Assembly (NCBI RefSeq): GCF_016432865.1
Contig: NC_067400.1
Span: 572,012,001-572,076,000, forward strand
Reading direction: 5' to 3'
Length of the DNA stretch: 64,000 nucleotides
Origin: Antechinus flavipes
Lineage: Eukaryota
Positions 38,118-50,579 of this stretch are shown here, piece after piece (position 1 is the stretch's first letter; each line of letters begins with the position of its first letter). The translations under genes were made by a program, and so were the position numbers. The notes below the pieces were generated by a model. That model was not told the DNA's origin. It saw only the letters and a program-made list of their open reading frames with translations, and did no database searches.

Positions 38118-38380
38118 ATTTAGGGCAGCTAGGTAGAGCACTGGATAGAGTGCTGGTCCTGGATTCAGGAAGACTCATCTTGGTGAATTTTAAAAAATCT
38201 GGCCCCAGACATGTATTAGCTGTGTCATCCTGGATAAATCATTTAATCCTATTTGCCTCAATTGCCTCGTTTGTAAAAAGGGCTAGAAAAGGAAATGTCA
38301 AACCTCTCCAAGATCTCTGCGAAGAAAATTCCAATGGGGTCATAAAAATTTTGATGCAACTGAAACAACTGAACAACAAC
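38118..38380 (+). mobile_element. MAR1-type SINE inserted into a MER-type repeat
   Basis: The host repeat resumes at 38381; degenerate TSD atgggcct / atggaccc; (aac)n tail. Confidence 0.8.
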
Positions 38381-38739
38381 ATGGACCCCTTCTCAAAATA
38401 ATCTTTACAAAAAATAATAAAAGGAAATGTCAAATTTCAGTTAAAAGTTAGCAAAAATAAAGATGTAACTTTTTTTCCTACAAATTCATGGACTCCCTGA
38501 AATCTCTCTATGGATCCCATGGATTTAGGGGCAAACAGCAAATCTTTCTTGGACATCTACTTTGGTGTCAGAGTCTCTCTCCTGAGGAAATAGGCTGGGA
38601 GGGCTTGTGAGGTCAATTTTCTTTGCTTGCTCTCTATACATTCCCTTTCTACTTCCCAGATCAGTTTTATAAAGATGGCCTAGGGGAAGAGAAAGGGAAG
38701 GACTGTTTTGGCTGCTGGAGTAGCCATGAGGGTGTGAAT

Positions 38740-39180
38740 ACCATGATCACATGTACTACTCCCCAGAAAGAGAACCACAAAACCAGACTTACAGAAATCA
38801 AGAAAATGCTAAATAATTTGGAAGAAATTCAGTGTTTCTGGATAATTTGGATTCACATAAATAATTCCTCCTGAATAAATCTGTAGATATAATACAAATT
38901 AATTTTTTAAAAATACCAATAGGTTTCTTCTTAGAGGTAGATAAAATCATAACAAAACTTATATGGAAAATAAACAAGCCAGAAACATCAAGGATTACTT
39001 TGGATGGATGGAATTATAAGGGAAGAAGTGGATAAAAGTCAGAGGAATTCTCCTCCAAGACTTTGAAAGAAATTATAAAATAGTCCTCATTAAAATTATT
39101 CAGCCCTAGGGCAAAAAATAGAAGAAAAAAAAAAAAACTAAGACAGTGAACCAGATTAGGGATTCCCCAAATAAAATTGA
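38740..39180 (+). mobile_element. Old L1 ORF2 fragment
   Basis: aaaataccaataggtttcttcttagaggtagataaaatcataacaaaacttatatggaaaa = KIPIGFFLEVDKIITKLIWK. Confidence 0.75.
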
Positions 39181-39204
39181 TGAGGTTAGTAGCAGTCAGA
39201 GAGT

Positions 39205-39707
39205 TGTGGAAATCCCCTTTTTGGTCAGAGGCACAGGTTCTTCCTGAAATAATTCACAAACCCTAAATATTAATGGCAAAAATGGAAATTTATTGTTGGA
39301 TAGGAAGCAGTTTTGCTAAGAGACTGACTTCTTTAGTGGCAAAGTCCTATTAGGGAAATGGAGGCTGGCACTGAGAAGAGAATGCCTTCTCAGCAGACAG
39401 GGTCCTACTTTGGACATTCTGCAAAAAATGAGTTCAGAAACTGCCCCTTAAAAAGAAATCTTGAGGCTTAGGTTTCAGGTTGAAAAGAAAGCCAAAGTCC
39501 CCAGGCTTAGATGCTTGTCAGGCACAGTTCCTGAAAAGGATCTGGCATCCCCAAAAGATCAATGGGGTGCTTTTTGACCAAGATTTCTAATTAAATAACT
39601 TGTCTGGGGAAATATGCTTTCCCAGGAGGGCCTGAGACTCCAAGATCAAAAGGGAACACAATTTCAGAGTGTTAATTTTACAGATCAAAAGGGAACACAA
39701 TTTCACA
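39205..39707 (-). mobile_element. Solo LTR (ERV-like) inserted in L1
   Basis: TG...CA ends with imperfect inverted termini (tgtggaaat / atttcaca), antisense AATAAA (tttatt), ~0.5 kb. Confidence 0.55.
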
Positions 39708-39794
39708 CCCCTATCAAAATAACAAGCATGCAAAGGATTAAGTGTTTGATAGATAGAATTAACAATAAAAACTGGGCAAAATATTATTTAATAT

Positions 39795-40042
39795 GAATAG
39801 AATACAAGGCCTGGAGTCACAAAAACTCGCCTTCATGAGTTCAAATCTAGCTTCAGACACTTAGTAGTTGTGTGACCCTAGACAATTCACTTCATCCTGT
39901 TCGTATTTGTTTCCTCTTCTATAAAATAAATTAGAGAAAGAATTGGCAAACCACTTCAGTATCTTTGCCAAAAACAAACAAACAGAAACAAATACATACA
40001 CACATGACTCACATTGGGTCATGAAAGAGTTAGATACAATTG
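39795..40042 (+). mobile_element. MAR1-type SINE
   Basis: gagttcaaatctagc...gcaaaccacttcagtatctttgccaa...gggtcatgaaagagttagatacaattgaa. Confidence 0.8.
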
Positions 40043-40199
40043 AAAAATGATTGAACAACAATGGATGCGAGAACCAGCAGCTAACATTATGGATTTAAAA
40101 AATAGATCCTCCATATACCACAATAATATGCCCAAATTGAAAAGCAAATAGTTGTTTGTAGGGACAAAGAAGACCCAAAGACCTTTTTAATTAGCCTCC

Positions 40200-40975
40200 C
40201 AGCCAGCTGAGAGAAAACATTGAGATATCATCCCAATGCTGGAGTCATTTGTGATCAAACCCAACTATAGTGAGAAAGCAAAGTTGAGTGCTTGAAAAAT
40301 AGGGCTTGTATGGCGGGGAAAGAGAGAGGCTATTAGTGACTGAACAGCATGAAAATATGGATGTGAGGTGTGAACCAAAGGATATTGTGAATGATCGAGA
40401 ATGCTATTTAATTGTGGGTCCTTGGGCAATCTGAAGGTCACTTCACATCTTTGGGTACAGATCCTTAAGAGGTTTAAATTGTCCTCTTAGGGGAACCTCC
40501 ATTTAGGAAGCACAGAACTAATTGAGAAATAAAGCAGACACTCTTAAGCGTTATTCCACCCGTGAAAATGAGGATGTTTTGGGTCCAATCCTCACAGAAT
40601 GATTCAGCATTTCGGAGATAATGATGACAAAGCTCTGATGATGGAGAGATATCTGATGGGCACAGTTCTGAACTCCTGGTGGTTTCTTCATGAGAAAGAA
40701 AGCATCTAAAGTAATGTAAGCAAACCCAGAGCCAAAATACAGTCTGTATGTGTCCATATCGAATCAATTCCAGCTGGATCCTAGAGTTAAACATTAGAAA
40801 AATAGCTTTTAAAAGTTAGCCAAAAAGGGAATCATATCTATCTCCATTGAAGAGGACAAATAGGAATTTAGATATTAAATCAACAATTCAATACTAGAAA
40901 GATCTCTAATGTCATCAGAGTGGGAACATTTTCCATAACTTAGCAAAAACTTGGATAGTTGTCACGGCAGCCAAG
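40200..40975 (+). pseudogene. Candidate decayed Src/Frk-like SH3-SH2 pseudogene
   Basis: Collinear motifs E[W]F-FG...ERYL...GGFFMR...YSLYV...VKH[Y]KI...YLSP...IQY[Y]K with frameshifts; see findings. Confidence 0.5.
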
Positions 40976-40984
40976 TACATTTCT

Positions 40985-41310
40985 CTCAATACATCAAATG
41001 ATAAACATTTATTAAGCATCAATTATGTGTCAGGCACGAGCCCTAGGGCTACAAAAAGAGGCAAAAGGCAGTCCCTGTCCTCAAGGAGCTTACACTTGAA
41101 TGGGGAGATATGAAGCAAAAAAGCACAAACAAGCTATATACATAATAAATAGGAAATAATTGCAAGGGGGAAGGTGCTAGAATGGAATTGGGGAATGCTT
41201 CCTATAAAAGGAGAGATATTAGGACTCAAAGAAGTAAGTAGAGTTGAGGAGGGAGAGTCTTCCAGGCATGGGGGACATCCAGAGAAAATGCCCAAGCTCA
41301 GATGGAAAGG
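40985..41310 (-). mobile_element. L2 3' end
   Basis: ataaacatttattaagcatcaattatgtgtcaggcac, the antisense L2 terminus. Confidence 0.85.
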
Positions 41311-41534
41311 AGACCTGTGTTACTACATAGGGAGCTAGTGTAGTTACTTGAGTAGGAGAATGACATAGTAGGACTTGTGTTTGAAGAAAATAGCTGAAAG
41401 GCTATTGTGACCAGGCTGGTATTGAATCTCTCTGAAGTAGGCTGGTCCTCAGAGGATGGGCACATGATTTTTTGTTGGGTCTGAGCTCATCTTTCTAGTT
41501 TGGTAACAACTACTAGTTTGCATTTCACTGGCAT

Positions 41535-41765
41535 AGCCTTTGAGGGCAGCTAAATGGCATCATATGCATAGAGTGTTTTTCTTGGTGCAAGACCTGAGTT
41601 CAAATGTGACTTCACACACTTAATAGCTGTATGATCCTGGATGAGTCACTTAACTTTGTTTCAATTTTTTCATCTATAAAATGAGCTGGAGAAGGAAATG
41701 GCAAGTCACTCCAGTTAACTCTGCCAAGAAAAGCTTCAAAAGGGATCACAAGTGAAAAACAATTA
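41535..41765 (+). mobile_element. MAR1-type SINE
   Basis: agacctgagttcaaatgtg...ctggagaaggaaatggcaagtcactccag. Confidence 0.8.
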
Positions 41766-43642
41766 AACTGTAACACACCTCTGAGAATCCAGAATTGTAT
41801 CTATGCCGTGATGAGAATTTTGGAAGAGGTAAAGAAAAATTAAAGAATTTACTAGGGATACATAAGTAAATTTTATGACCCCAAATCAAAATTTGCTATA
41901 CCACAAAAGCAACATGATAGAGGTGAAAATTAAATTAAGAGACTGGGATGACATTCTGTAGCAATTATGCCAAAAAGATACAAATACTCATGGATAATAT
42001 CCAATCTACACTGGATATGTGGTCAAAAGTTACAAATAATTTACCAAAGAAGCTAAATAGATAATGTAAAATAATGATATTATGTAGTTTAATGTGATAT
42101 GATGTGCATAAAACATAGAATCACTTGCACACATTTTGTTTTTATTAATAAGCATAGGGGATGGGGACTGAACCTATTATAGAGGTAAGGATATTTGGTA
42201 GATCAAGTTGACATTATCACTATTGACATAAGGAAAAACCAGATGAGGACAACTCTTCTACTAGTGCAAATTGGTACCTTCTCTGCAATTTAGGTTTTAG
42301 AGAGAGTAGATGAATTGTTCCATTACCACATTGTCCAGTTGTTTCCAATTTACCATACAGGATCTGCTCTGGGCCAGAAGGTAACTTAGACCCAGAGCTT
42401 TTTCTTCTTTTTTTAACCTTCTTCCTGCTCCCTCCCTTCCCATACACACTCAATAGTATTTTGGGGTTTTTTTTCTAATTACAAGTAAAGATAGTTTTCA
42501 ACATTCATTTTTCTAAGATTTTGAGTTTTCATTAGAACATTCTCCTTATAGCAATTAGAAGGAGTATATATAGACAGAGGGCACAGGTATGAGTTGAATA
42601 TGCAGGGATAATATATAGTTTTTAAATGATGAAATTAAAGGATGAGAGAGGAATATGCTGATAGAAAGGGAAAAGAAGAAGTGGAATGATGCAAATTATC
42701 TACCACAAAAAAAGCTTTTACACTGGAGGAGAAAAGAGGGATGAGAGGGGAAATGAATGAATTTTACTCTCATCTGAATTGGCTCAAATAGGAAATAACA
42801 TATATTTAATAGGGGCATAGAAATTTATCTTACCCTGTAGGAAAAAAAGGAGGGGAGTGGGATATGGAAAGAGGAGAGGGTGATAAAAGAGAGCATATTG
42901 GGGAGGAAGTGGTCAGTAGCAAAACACTTTTGAGGAGAAACAGAGTGAAAGGAAAGAGAATAAATGGGGGGGGCGGGAAATATAATTAGTAATTTTTGAA
43001 GCAAGTTTCTTTGATGGAATATTATTGAGAATATGAGAAATGATGAGCAGGATGCTCTCAGGGGACAAAAAAACTCCATCACCTGAAAAGTCCTTCATGA
43101 ACAAAGTGAAATATATTGGAAAATATTGGTAATAGCAATGTTCCGGAATGACCAGCTGGTCATTAAATGACTGCTATTTTCAGTAGTACAATCAGACAAT
43201 TCTGAAGGATTTATGATGAAAAATCCTATCTATACCCAAGAAAGGAACTGATTATGCATGAATATAGATTGAATCATTCTTTATTTCTCTCTTTTATTTT
43301 TAACTTAATTTTTTTTCTTTTTTTAAAAACTATTTATTTATTTACAAAGCATATGCATGGATAATTTTAACAACATTGACCCTTGTAAAATCTTTTGTTC
43401 CAACTTTTCCCCACCTTCCCCCCACCCCCTCCCCTAGCTGGCAAGTAGTCCAATACATGTTACATATTTAATTTAATTTTTCTTGAGGGTTCTTATTTTC
43501 CTTAGGGTAGGAGATCTATGTTTTCTTTCACAACTTGACTTTTATGGAAATATTTTGTATAACTTCAATGTGGTTTCTTAATTGTGTGTGGAGTTAAGGG
43601 AGAGAATCTAGAACTCAAAAATCTTAAAAACAAATGTAAAAA

Positions 43643-43790
43643 GGGAGCAGCTAGGTAATGCAATGGATAGAGCACCAGCCCTGAAGTCAGGAGGATCTGA
43701 GTTCAAATTTGGTCTCAGATACTTAACACTTCCTAGCTGTGTGACTCTGGACAAATCACTTAACCCCAATTGCCTCAACCAAAATAAAAG
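43643..43790 (+). mobile_element. WSINE1-type SINE
   Basis: gggagcagctaggtaatgcaatggatagagcacc...aaccccaattgcctc + A tail. Confidence 0.85.
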
Positions 43791-45271
43791 GTAAAAAATT
43801 GTTTTGAATGTACCTGGAATATTATATAAATAAATTTAAGATTTTGAGTTCTGACTTTTCCTCCCTGCTCCCTTCCCTTCTCTTCTCTCTTCCCTTCAAG
43901 AAGGCAAGCAATCCAACAGAGGCTATACATATATGTTTAATTTAAATATATTTCTATATTAGTTTTGTTGTGAAAGAAAAATCAGAACAAAAAGGGAAAA
44001 CCACAAGAAAGAAAAAACAAAAAACAAATTAAAGAAGTGAAAATAGTATGCTTCAATCTGCATTCAGACTTTGTAATCTTTCTCTGGATACAGATGGCAT
44101 TTCCCATCATGAGTCTTTTGGAATTGTCTTGGATCACTGCATTGCTGAGGAGAGTTAAGTTGTTCATAGTTGATCATCACACAATGTTGCTGTTACTATG
44201 TTCAATATTTTCCTGGTTCTGTTCACTTCACTCAGCATCAGTTCATATAATAGACCTGGGTCTTTCCAGTTTCAAGATTAGTTCTCCATCCACTTAGCCA
44301 CACTACCTCCCCCTGAATTCATTAATAAGCAGAGAAGTACTAATTAAACCTATTCTCAATAACCATTTTCATAACTATCAGATTGCAGAACTAAGAATGA
44401 CAAAAATGAATGCTGGTGGCTATGGAAAAACAGTTACATAAACATTGTTCCTAGAATTACAAATGAGGAGAATTTATTTGAAGGGCAATCTTTGTAGTGC
44501 GACAAGAGTCACAAAAGCATTAATTTATGATTCAATAATCTCAGTATTGGAAATATTACCTAAGAATATTATTTTAATGAAAAAAGATAGGTTGCACTGC
44601 GAATAGATTTAGAATTAGGAAGATCTGAGTTCAAATCCAAATTCAAACACTTTCTCTTAGACACTGGGCAAGTCACTTAATCTCTATCTGTCCTAGTTTC
44701 TTGTTTTGTAAAATGGGGATAATAATAGCACCCACCTCTCAGGGTTGTTGTGAGGATCAAATAGTATAATAATTGTAAAGCGCTTTGTAAACCTTAAAGC
44801 ATTATATAAATATTAGCTATTATTATGTTTATTATTCTTTTTACAGAGCTATTTGTGATTTCAAAAAGTTGGAAATAATCTAAATTTCTAACAGTAGGTG
44901 AATGGCTGAATACACTGCTATATTAATGTAGTAGAACATCACAATGGCATTATAATAGTCACTATGATGAATGTGAAAGAATTTAGAAAGAGGTGAAACA
45001 GAAAAAAAAATGGAAGACAGAGATGGACAGTGAAATTCCAATTATTGCAAATAATTATTCCTCTGAAGTAGCCAAATGTATTCAGATTTGTCCCATTCAA
45101 AGTTACAATTATGTAAAATAGGGTAATTGGTTCCAACCCAGTGAAAATCTATAGTGCAAATTTGAATAATGCGACCAGTCAGGGGGAAATTTCTTGCACT
45201 AATTGGGACTTAACTGCATACTGACCATAATTTTAATATATAAATAGTTATGAGTCTGTTTATTTGATTTT

Positions 45272-45426
45272 NNNNNNNNNNNNNNNNNNNNNNNNNNNNN
45301 NNNNNNNNNNNNNNNNNNNNNNNNNNNNNNNNNNNNNNNNNNNNNNNNNNNNNNNNNNNNNNNNNNNNNNNNNNNNNNNNNNNNNNNNNNNNNNNNNNNN
45401 NNNNNNNNNNNNNNNNNNNNNNNNNN
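45272..45426. other. Assembly gap (155 N)
   Basis: Run of n. Confidence 1.
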
Positions 45427-45429
45427 AGG

Positions 45430-46960
45430 AATTATTAATCATGTTTTCTTTTTTGGCAGTGATATGGGACTGCTGTAGATCAGGAGAATATTGCAGACCT
45501 GGATTTCAACTAGGCACTGGCAAAGACTCGTGATATCCTGAAAAAGGCAGAAATCTGTGAGTTAGCCTGTTAAGTAGATTTGTCTGGTTGAATGAATGAC
45601 TGGACTGAAAGTATAGTGATTAATAGATTAATGTCAGCCTGAAAGGAGATCTCTAGGCTTGTGCTGTTCAACCTTTCTATTGACGACTTGGATAAAGCCA
45701 TAGATGGCTGCTTACAGAATTTGCAAATACTTTGAAACTAGGAAAGAAAATTAACACTCTGGCAACAGATTTGGATTTATAAAGATCTTAGCAGTTTCGA
45801 ACAGAATTCTTAGCCTGGGGACTGTAAAAAAATTTTAAAGAAATATTTTGTATGTATAGAAGGATTGCACATGTTTAACATATTTTGGATTACTTGATGT
45901 CTAGGGGAGGAGGATGGGGGGAAGAGGAGAAAAATTTGGAACACAAGGTTTTGCAAGGGTGAATGTTGAAAACATTTTTGCATGTATTTTGAAAATAAAA
46001 AGCTATTATAAAAAACAAAAAATGAAATATTTTGATGACTATTTCAACATGCAAAAAATGTTAAGAATCCTTGGACTAGAAATATCAGCTGAATTTCATG
46101 AGCTGAAATGTAATCCCTATGAGTATAAAGTCCTTTATTTGGATACAAATAAAATAATATAAACTGTTGGAGTATAGCTAGACATCAGTTTGTATGACAA
46201 AGACCTGGAGGGGAAGCCTGGGGTTGGATAGCTTACCAGTTCAATGAGAGGTTTTCTTAGGTTATTTGAGTGGGAGAAAGAAGAGAGTACCCATATTAAT
46301 AGGCTTGGGTAAGTGGTGTTATGGATAGAGAACCAGTAAGAAGCAGTAACTGCTACTTTCTGAGATTCTCCATTTCGCTTTTAGACAGCTCTAATTATTA
46401 GGAAATTTTCCATGCATTAAACTTAAATTTGTTCCTCTGCAACATCCACATATCGCTCCTAATAACAAATAATAAATAGAGGTCTGGTATCTAGAATTGG
46501 GGAGATTCTGGTTCCTCTTTTCTCTGCCCTAGTAAAAAATATGTCAGGGTTACTGAATTCAGTTCTGGGGATCACATTTGGAGGACATAGTCTGGAAGAA
46601 GATGTCTAGTATACAGAGATGACTTAAAGTCAGACCACATTAAAATCAATAAAAGAAACTGAGATGTTTCATCTGGAGAAGACTTGCTTGTTGCTTTCAA
46701 GCCCATTTGAAGGGGTGTCCTGCAGAAGGATTAGACTTGATCCCTTTGATCCCAGAGAACAGAACCAAGACCAATAGACAGAAGTTATAGAGAAGTAGAT
46801 TTAGTCTTGACTTAAAGGAAATTTTCCTAACATTTACAGAGGTCAAAAAATGCAATGGGCTGCTTTGGGAGATAGTGAGTCCTGTCAATGGAGTGGAGGC
46901 AAGAATGTTGTACAAGGTATTCCTATTCAGTTAGGGAGGAGTTGGATTGGATGAGCTAAG
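45430..46960 (+). mobile_element. L3/CR1 RT core to 3' end, with nested insertions
   Basis: Degenerate YLDFSKAFD-like segment, LFNLSIDDLDKAIDGCL(KFADDTKL-like) segment, and L3 3' tail. Confidence 0.8.
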
Positions 46961-47769
46961 GTCTGTTGGGGACTCTTCTGTCATTGACCCCACATTATGG
47001 CTTTCAGTTCCCTGGCTCACTGCACCTTCCCCACAAACCACAGTTCCCCACATTGGTTATGGTTGTCTCCAACATCACAGCACCCACATTACACTGATCT
47101 CACATGTAACTCAGTCTGTATGTACACTTGCTGGAGGGACACTTGCATCCTAAGAGCATTTTAAAAGAGAATCAATCCATAATGCACTGGAAACTGAAGC
47201 CCCCTGGATAAATGACAGGGAGAAGCAGTGACCAGGGAAAGGAATTATCCCAATCAATAACTCTTTGGATTGTTTACCCATTTGTAAAATCACTGAAATT
47301 CAGAGCTGAAAGACACTCAGAAGCCATCTATCTACTCTGACCCAAACCTAACATGAATGTTCTCTACTTATCCAGTCCTCAGACCCATTGGAGTGGGATT
47401 CTCCTTATTGTCAGAGTTGGATGCTCTGCCTTGTGTGAGAATGAAGTAGAGTTGGCAGGAGTAGGAGCGAGACCAGAGTCCCATACCAATGGATATGGCA
47501 ACTGGGGTTACATCTAGAGGACCAGTAGCAAGGAGGAACTGGCTACTTTCTGAGACTGTCCATTTCACTTTTAGACAGCCCTGATACTTAGGAAGTTTTT
47601 TGTATATCAAACTTAAATTTGTTTCTGCAATTCCCACATATCAGTAATCAGAGGGGAAGAGGGATCGAATATTTTAGGCAATATTCACTGAGTGAAGATA
47701 ATTCAAGTGAGTGATTCTTCCCTGAGTTATCCACTATTTGGTAGTGGGGCTGTTAGATTTGTTTTAAGT

Positions 47770-48600
47770 TTTTTAGTTTTCAATATTAACTTTTATAATA
47801 TTTTGATTTTCATTTTTTTCTCCTTCCCTCCCCTTCCTCTCTAAGATGATGAGTGGTCTGATATAGAACAATCATATTAAACATATTTCCATATTAGTCT
47901 TGTGATAGAACAAAAAGGAATATCCACAAAAAAGGAAAAAAAAATGAAATCAGTCAGTTTCAGTCTGCATTCAGACTCCATAGTTTTTCTCTAGATTTTC
48001 ATAATGAATCCTTTGGAATTATCTTAGAACATTGTATTGCTGAGAAAAGCCAAGTCTATTAAAGATAATGATCACATAGTGTCGCTGCTACTGTATACAA
48101 TGTTCTCCGGGTTCTGCTTACTTCATTCAGCATCAGTTCATGTAAATCTTTCCAGGTTTTTCAGAAATCTACCCACTCCGCATTTCTTATAGCACGACAG
48201 TTTTCCATTACATTCACATACCATAACTTATTCAGCCATTCTCCAATTACCGGATATCCTCTCAATTTCAAATTATTTTTGTCACCACAAAGAGAGCTGC
48301 TACAAACATTTTTGTATATACGGGTCCTTTCCCTTCTTTTATGATCTTTTTGGAATACAGACCCAGTAGAGACACTGTTGGATCAAAGGATATGGACAGT
48401 TTTATACAGCCCTTTGGACATAATTCCAAATCATTCTCCAGAATGACTGGATCAGTTTACATGTGCTCACTATTGTCCACCAACTATCCAGGTACATCTG
48501 GAACTTCTTACGGCTGTTTTATAATGAGACAACCAGTAAGTGATATCAACAACTTGCATTTTAATCATCTGAGCCAATGCGTTCCTACAGATGCTCCCAA
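47770..48600 (-). mobile_element. L1 3' fragment
   Basis: Antisense L1 3' sequence (ttcagccattctccaatt..., cccagtagagacactg). Confidence 0.8.
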
Positions 48601-49055
48601 TATCTTTTTAAAAATATGATGATAATGATGATGGTGGCAATTGGGGTTAAGGGACTTGCCCAGGGTCACACAGCCAAGAAGTGTTAAGTGTCTGAGACCA
48701 GATTTGAACTCAGGCCCACTAGGGCTGGTGCTCTATAGACTTCGCCACCTAGCTGTCCCCTATTATTTTTAAATTTAATAGAAAGACCAAAAAGAAAAAT
48801 AAAACAAAACCAACCAAAGCAAAACGTTGTCATGTGCTCAGGGAGGATTCAAAATATAATAATGCATTTCCAGTTCAAGAAAGAATATATAATAGTAAAA
48901 GAAATTATATTCATGAGTGTCCATCTTTTCTTTAGTTCCTTATAGTTGTTCTTTTGTTTGCTGCTGTGCACTTTTTTTACTTTGTTCTTCTTTTCCCATT
49001 TCATCCCCCGCACCTCCCTGAAACAGGCTATAGTTAAGCACAGCTATATTTAACA

Positions 49056-49056
<1 letters not shown>

Positions 49057-49099
<43 letters not shown>
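49057..49099. repeat. (CA)n microsatellite
   Basis: Direct read. Confidence 0.98.
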
Positions 49100-49100
<1 letters not shown>

Positions 49101-49835
49101 CTATATTCACACCCATCCACAGGCCCACAATCATATACATATATCTATATAAACACATACATAAAGCAACAAGCATATATATGTGTGTGTGTGTGTCTAC
49201 ATATATTCAAACACACATATACACATATTCATATGTAAACATGCATCTAAACCAATATTAGTATGGTTGACATATAATGTAAGTTTCTCCTTTAATTGGA
49301 TCTTCAAGTTTGACTATGTGTAAGATCAATGACTACTAGCCATACTTTTTTTTCTAATAAATTTGACTCCTGATCTATGTTGCAATGTTTATGCACATCT
49401 TTTCTTTCCTATCTCTGCTAAGTCTTTTACTTTAATTCTGCTCCTTAACTTGCCTTGCTATTACTTAACCTCCCTCCATGGAGCCCTCCCTTATCTTCTC
49501 CCTTTGCATTCCCCTCTGCTTTTCCCTCTTCCCCCCTCCATTTCTTTATAGATTTTGAAGGGTGCTATATTCTTCATGGTATTTATGTAATGTTGCCTAT
49601 TTTACCCATTCCTAATGTGAATGAGTTTTCAGAACTAGGAGCCCTGCTCCCCTCTCTGCTTATGTGTCTATTCTTCCTCTGCACCTCATTTGTACGAATC
49701 TTTCTTTTGAGCTACTCAATTCCTAATGTCGATCATAAACATAGGGTATACATTTCCATGTAGAACACAAACAATTTGATGTTTGTTAAGTTCCTTAAAA
49801 TCAATCTTACACATTGGCTAGTATATGTTAAATCT

Positions 49836-50293
49836 NNNNNNNNNNNNNNNNNNNNNNNNNNNNNNNNNNNNNNNNNNNNNNNNNNNNNNNNNNNNNNNNN
49901 NNNNNNNNNNNNNNNNNNNNNNNNNNNNNNNNNNNNNNNNNNNNNNNNNNNNNNNNNNNNNNNNNNNNNNNNNNNNNNNNNNNNNNNNNNNNNNNNNNNN
50001 NNNNNNNNNNNNNNNNNNNNNNNNNNNNNNNNNNNNNNNNNNNNNNNNNNNNNNNNNNNNNNNNNNNNNNNNNNNNNNNNNNNNNNNNNNNNNNNNNNNN
50101 NNNNNNNNNNNNNNNNNNNNNNNNNNNNNNNNNNNNNNNNNNNNNNNNNNNNNNNNNNNNNNNNNNNNNNNNNNNNNNNNNNNNNNNNNNNNNNNNNNNN
50201 NNNNNNNNNNNNNNNNNNNNNNNNNNNNNNNNNNNNNNNNNNNNNNNNNNNNNNNNNNNNNNNNNNNNNNNNNNNNNNNNNNNNNNNNNNNNN
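49836..50293. other. Assembly gap (458 N)
   Basis: Run of n. Confidence 1.
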
Positions 50294-50353
50294 AAGCATC
50301 TGAGACTACATTTGAAACTCAGATCTTCCTGACGTCAGGGCTGGTGCTCTATT

Positions 50354-50545
50354 CAGGGGTCCTCAAACTTTTTAAATAGGGGGCCAGTTCACTGTCCCTC
50401 AGACTGTTGGAGGGCCGGACTATAATAAAAACAAAAACTTTGCTTTGTGCGCCTTTAAATAAAGAAACTTCATAGCCCTAGGTGAGTGGGATAAACGTCC
50501 TCAGCTGCTGCATCTGGCCCGCGGGCCATGGTTTGAGGACCCCTG
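50354..50545. mobile_element. OC1 (OposCharlie1)-like hAT MITE inserted in a SINE
   Basis: 192 bp; perfect 15-bp TIR CAGGGGTCCTCAAAC / GTTTGAGGACCCCTG; degenerate 8-bp TSD gctctatt / catctatc; host SINE on both sides. Confidence 0.85.
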
Positions 50546-50579
50546 CATCTATCTACTATACCAACTAGATGCCCCTGTA

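Noticed and set aside
41385-41500. AERLL*PG...GT*FFVGSE, a second SH2-like snippet after the L2
   Set aside because: Only two short motifs with wrong spacing. It shows that such matches can arise by chance, so it was not used as support for the 40.2-41.0 kb call.
46340-47645. Two ~110-bp similar segments (46340-46455 and 47545-47645)
   Set aside because: Independent antisense copies of the shared MIR3/L3 3' tail, not a segmental duplication.
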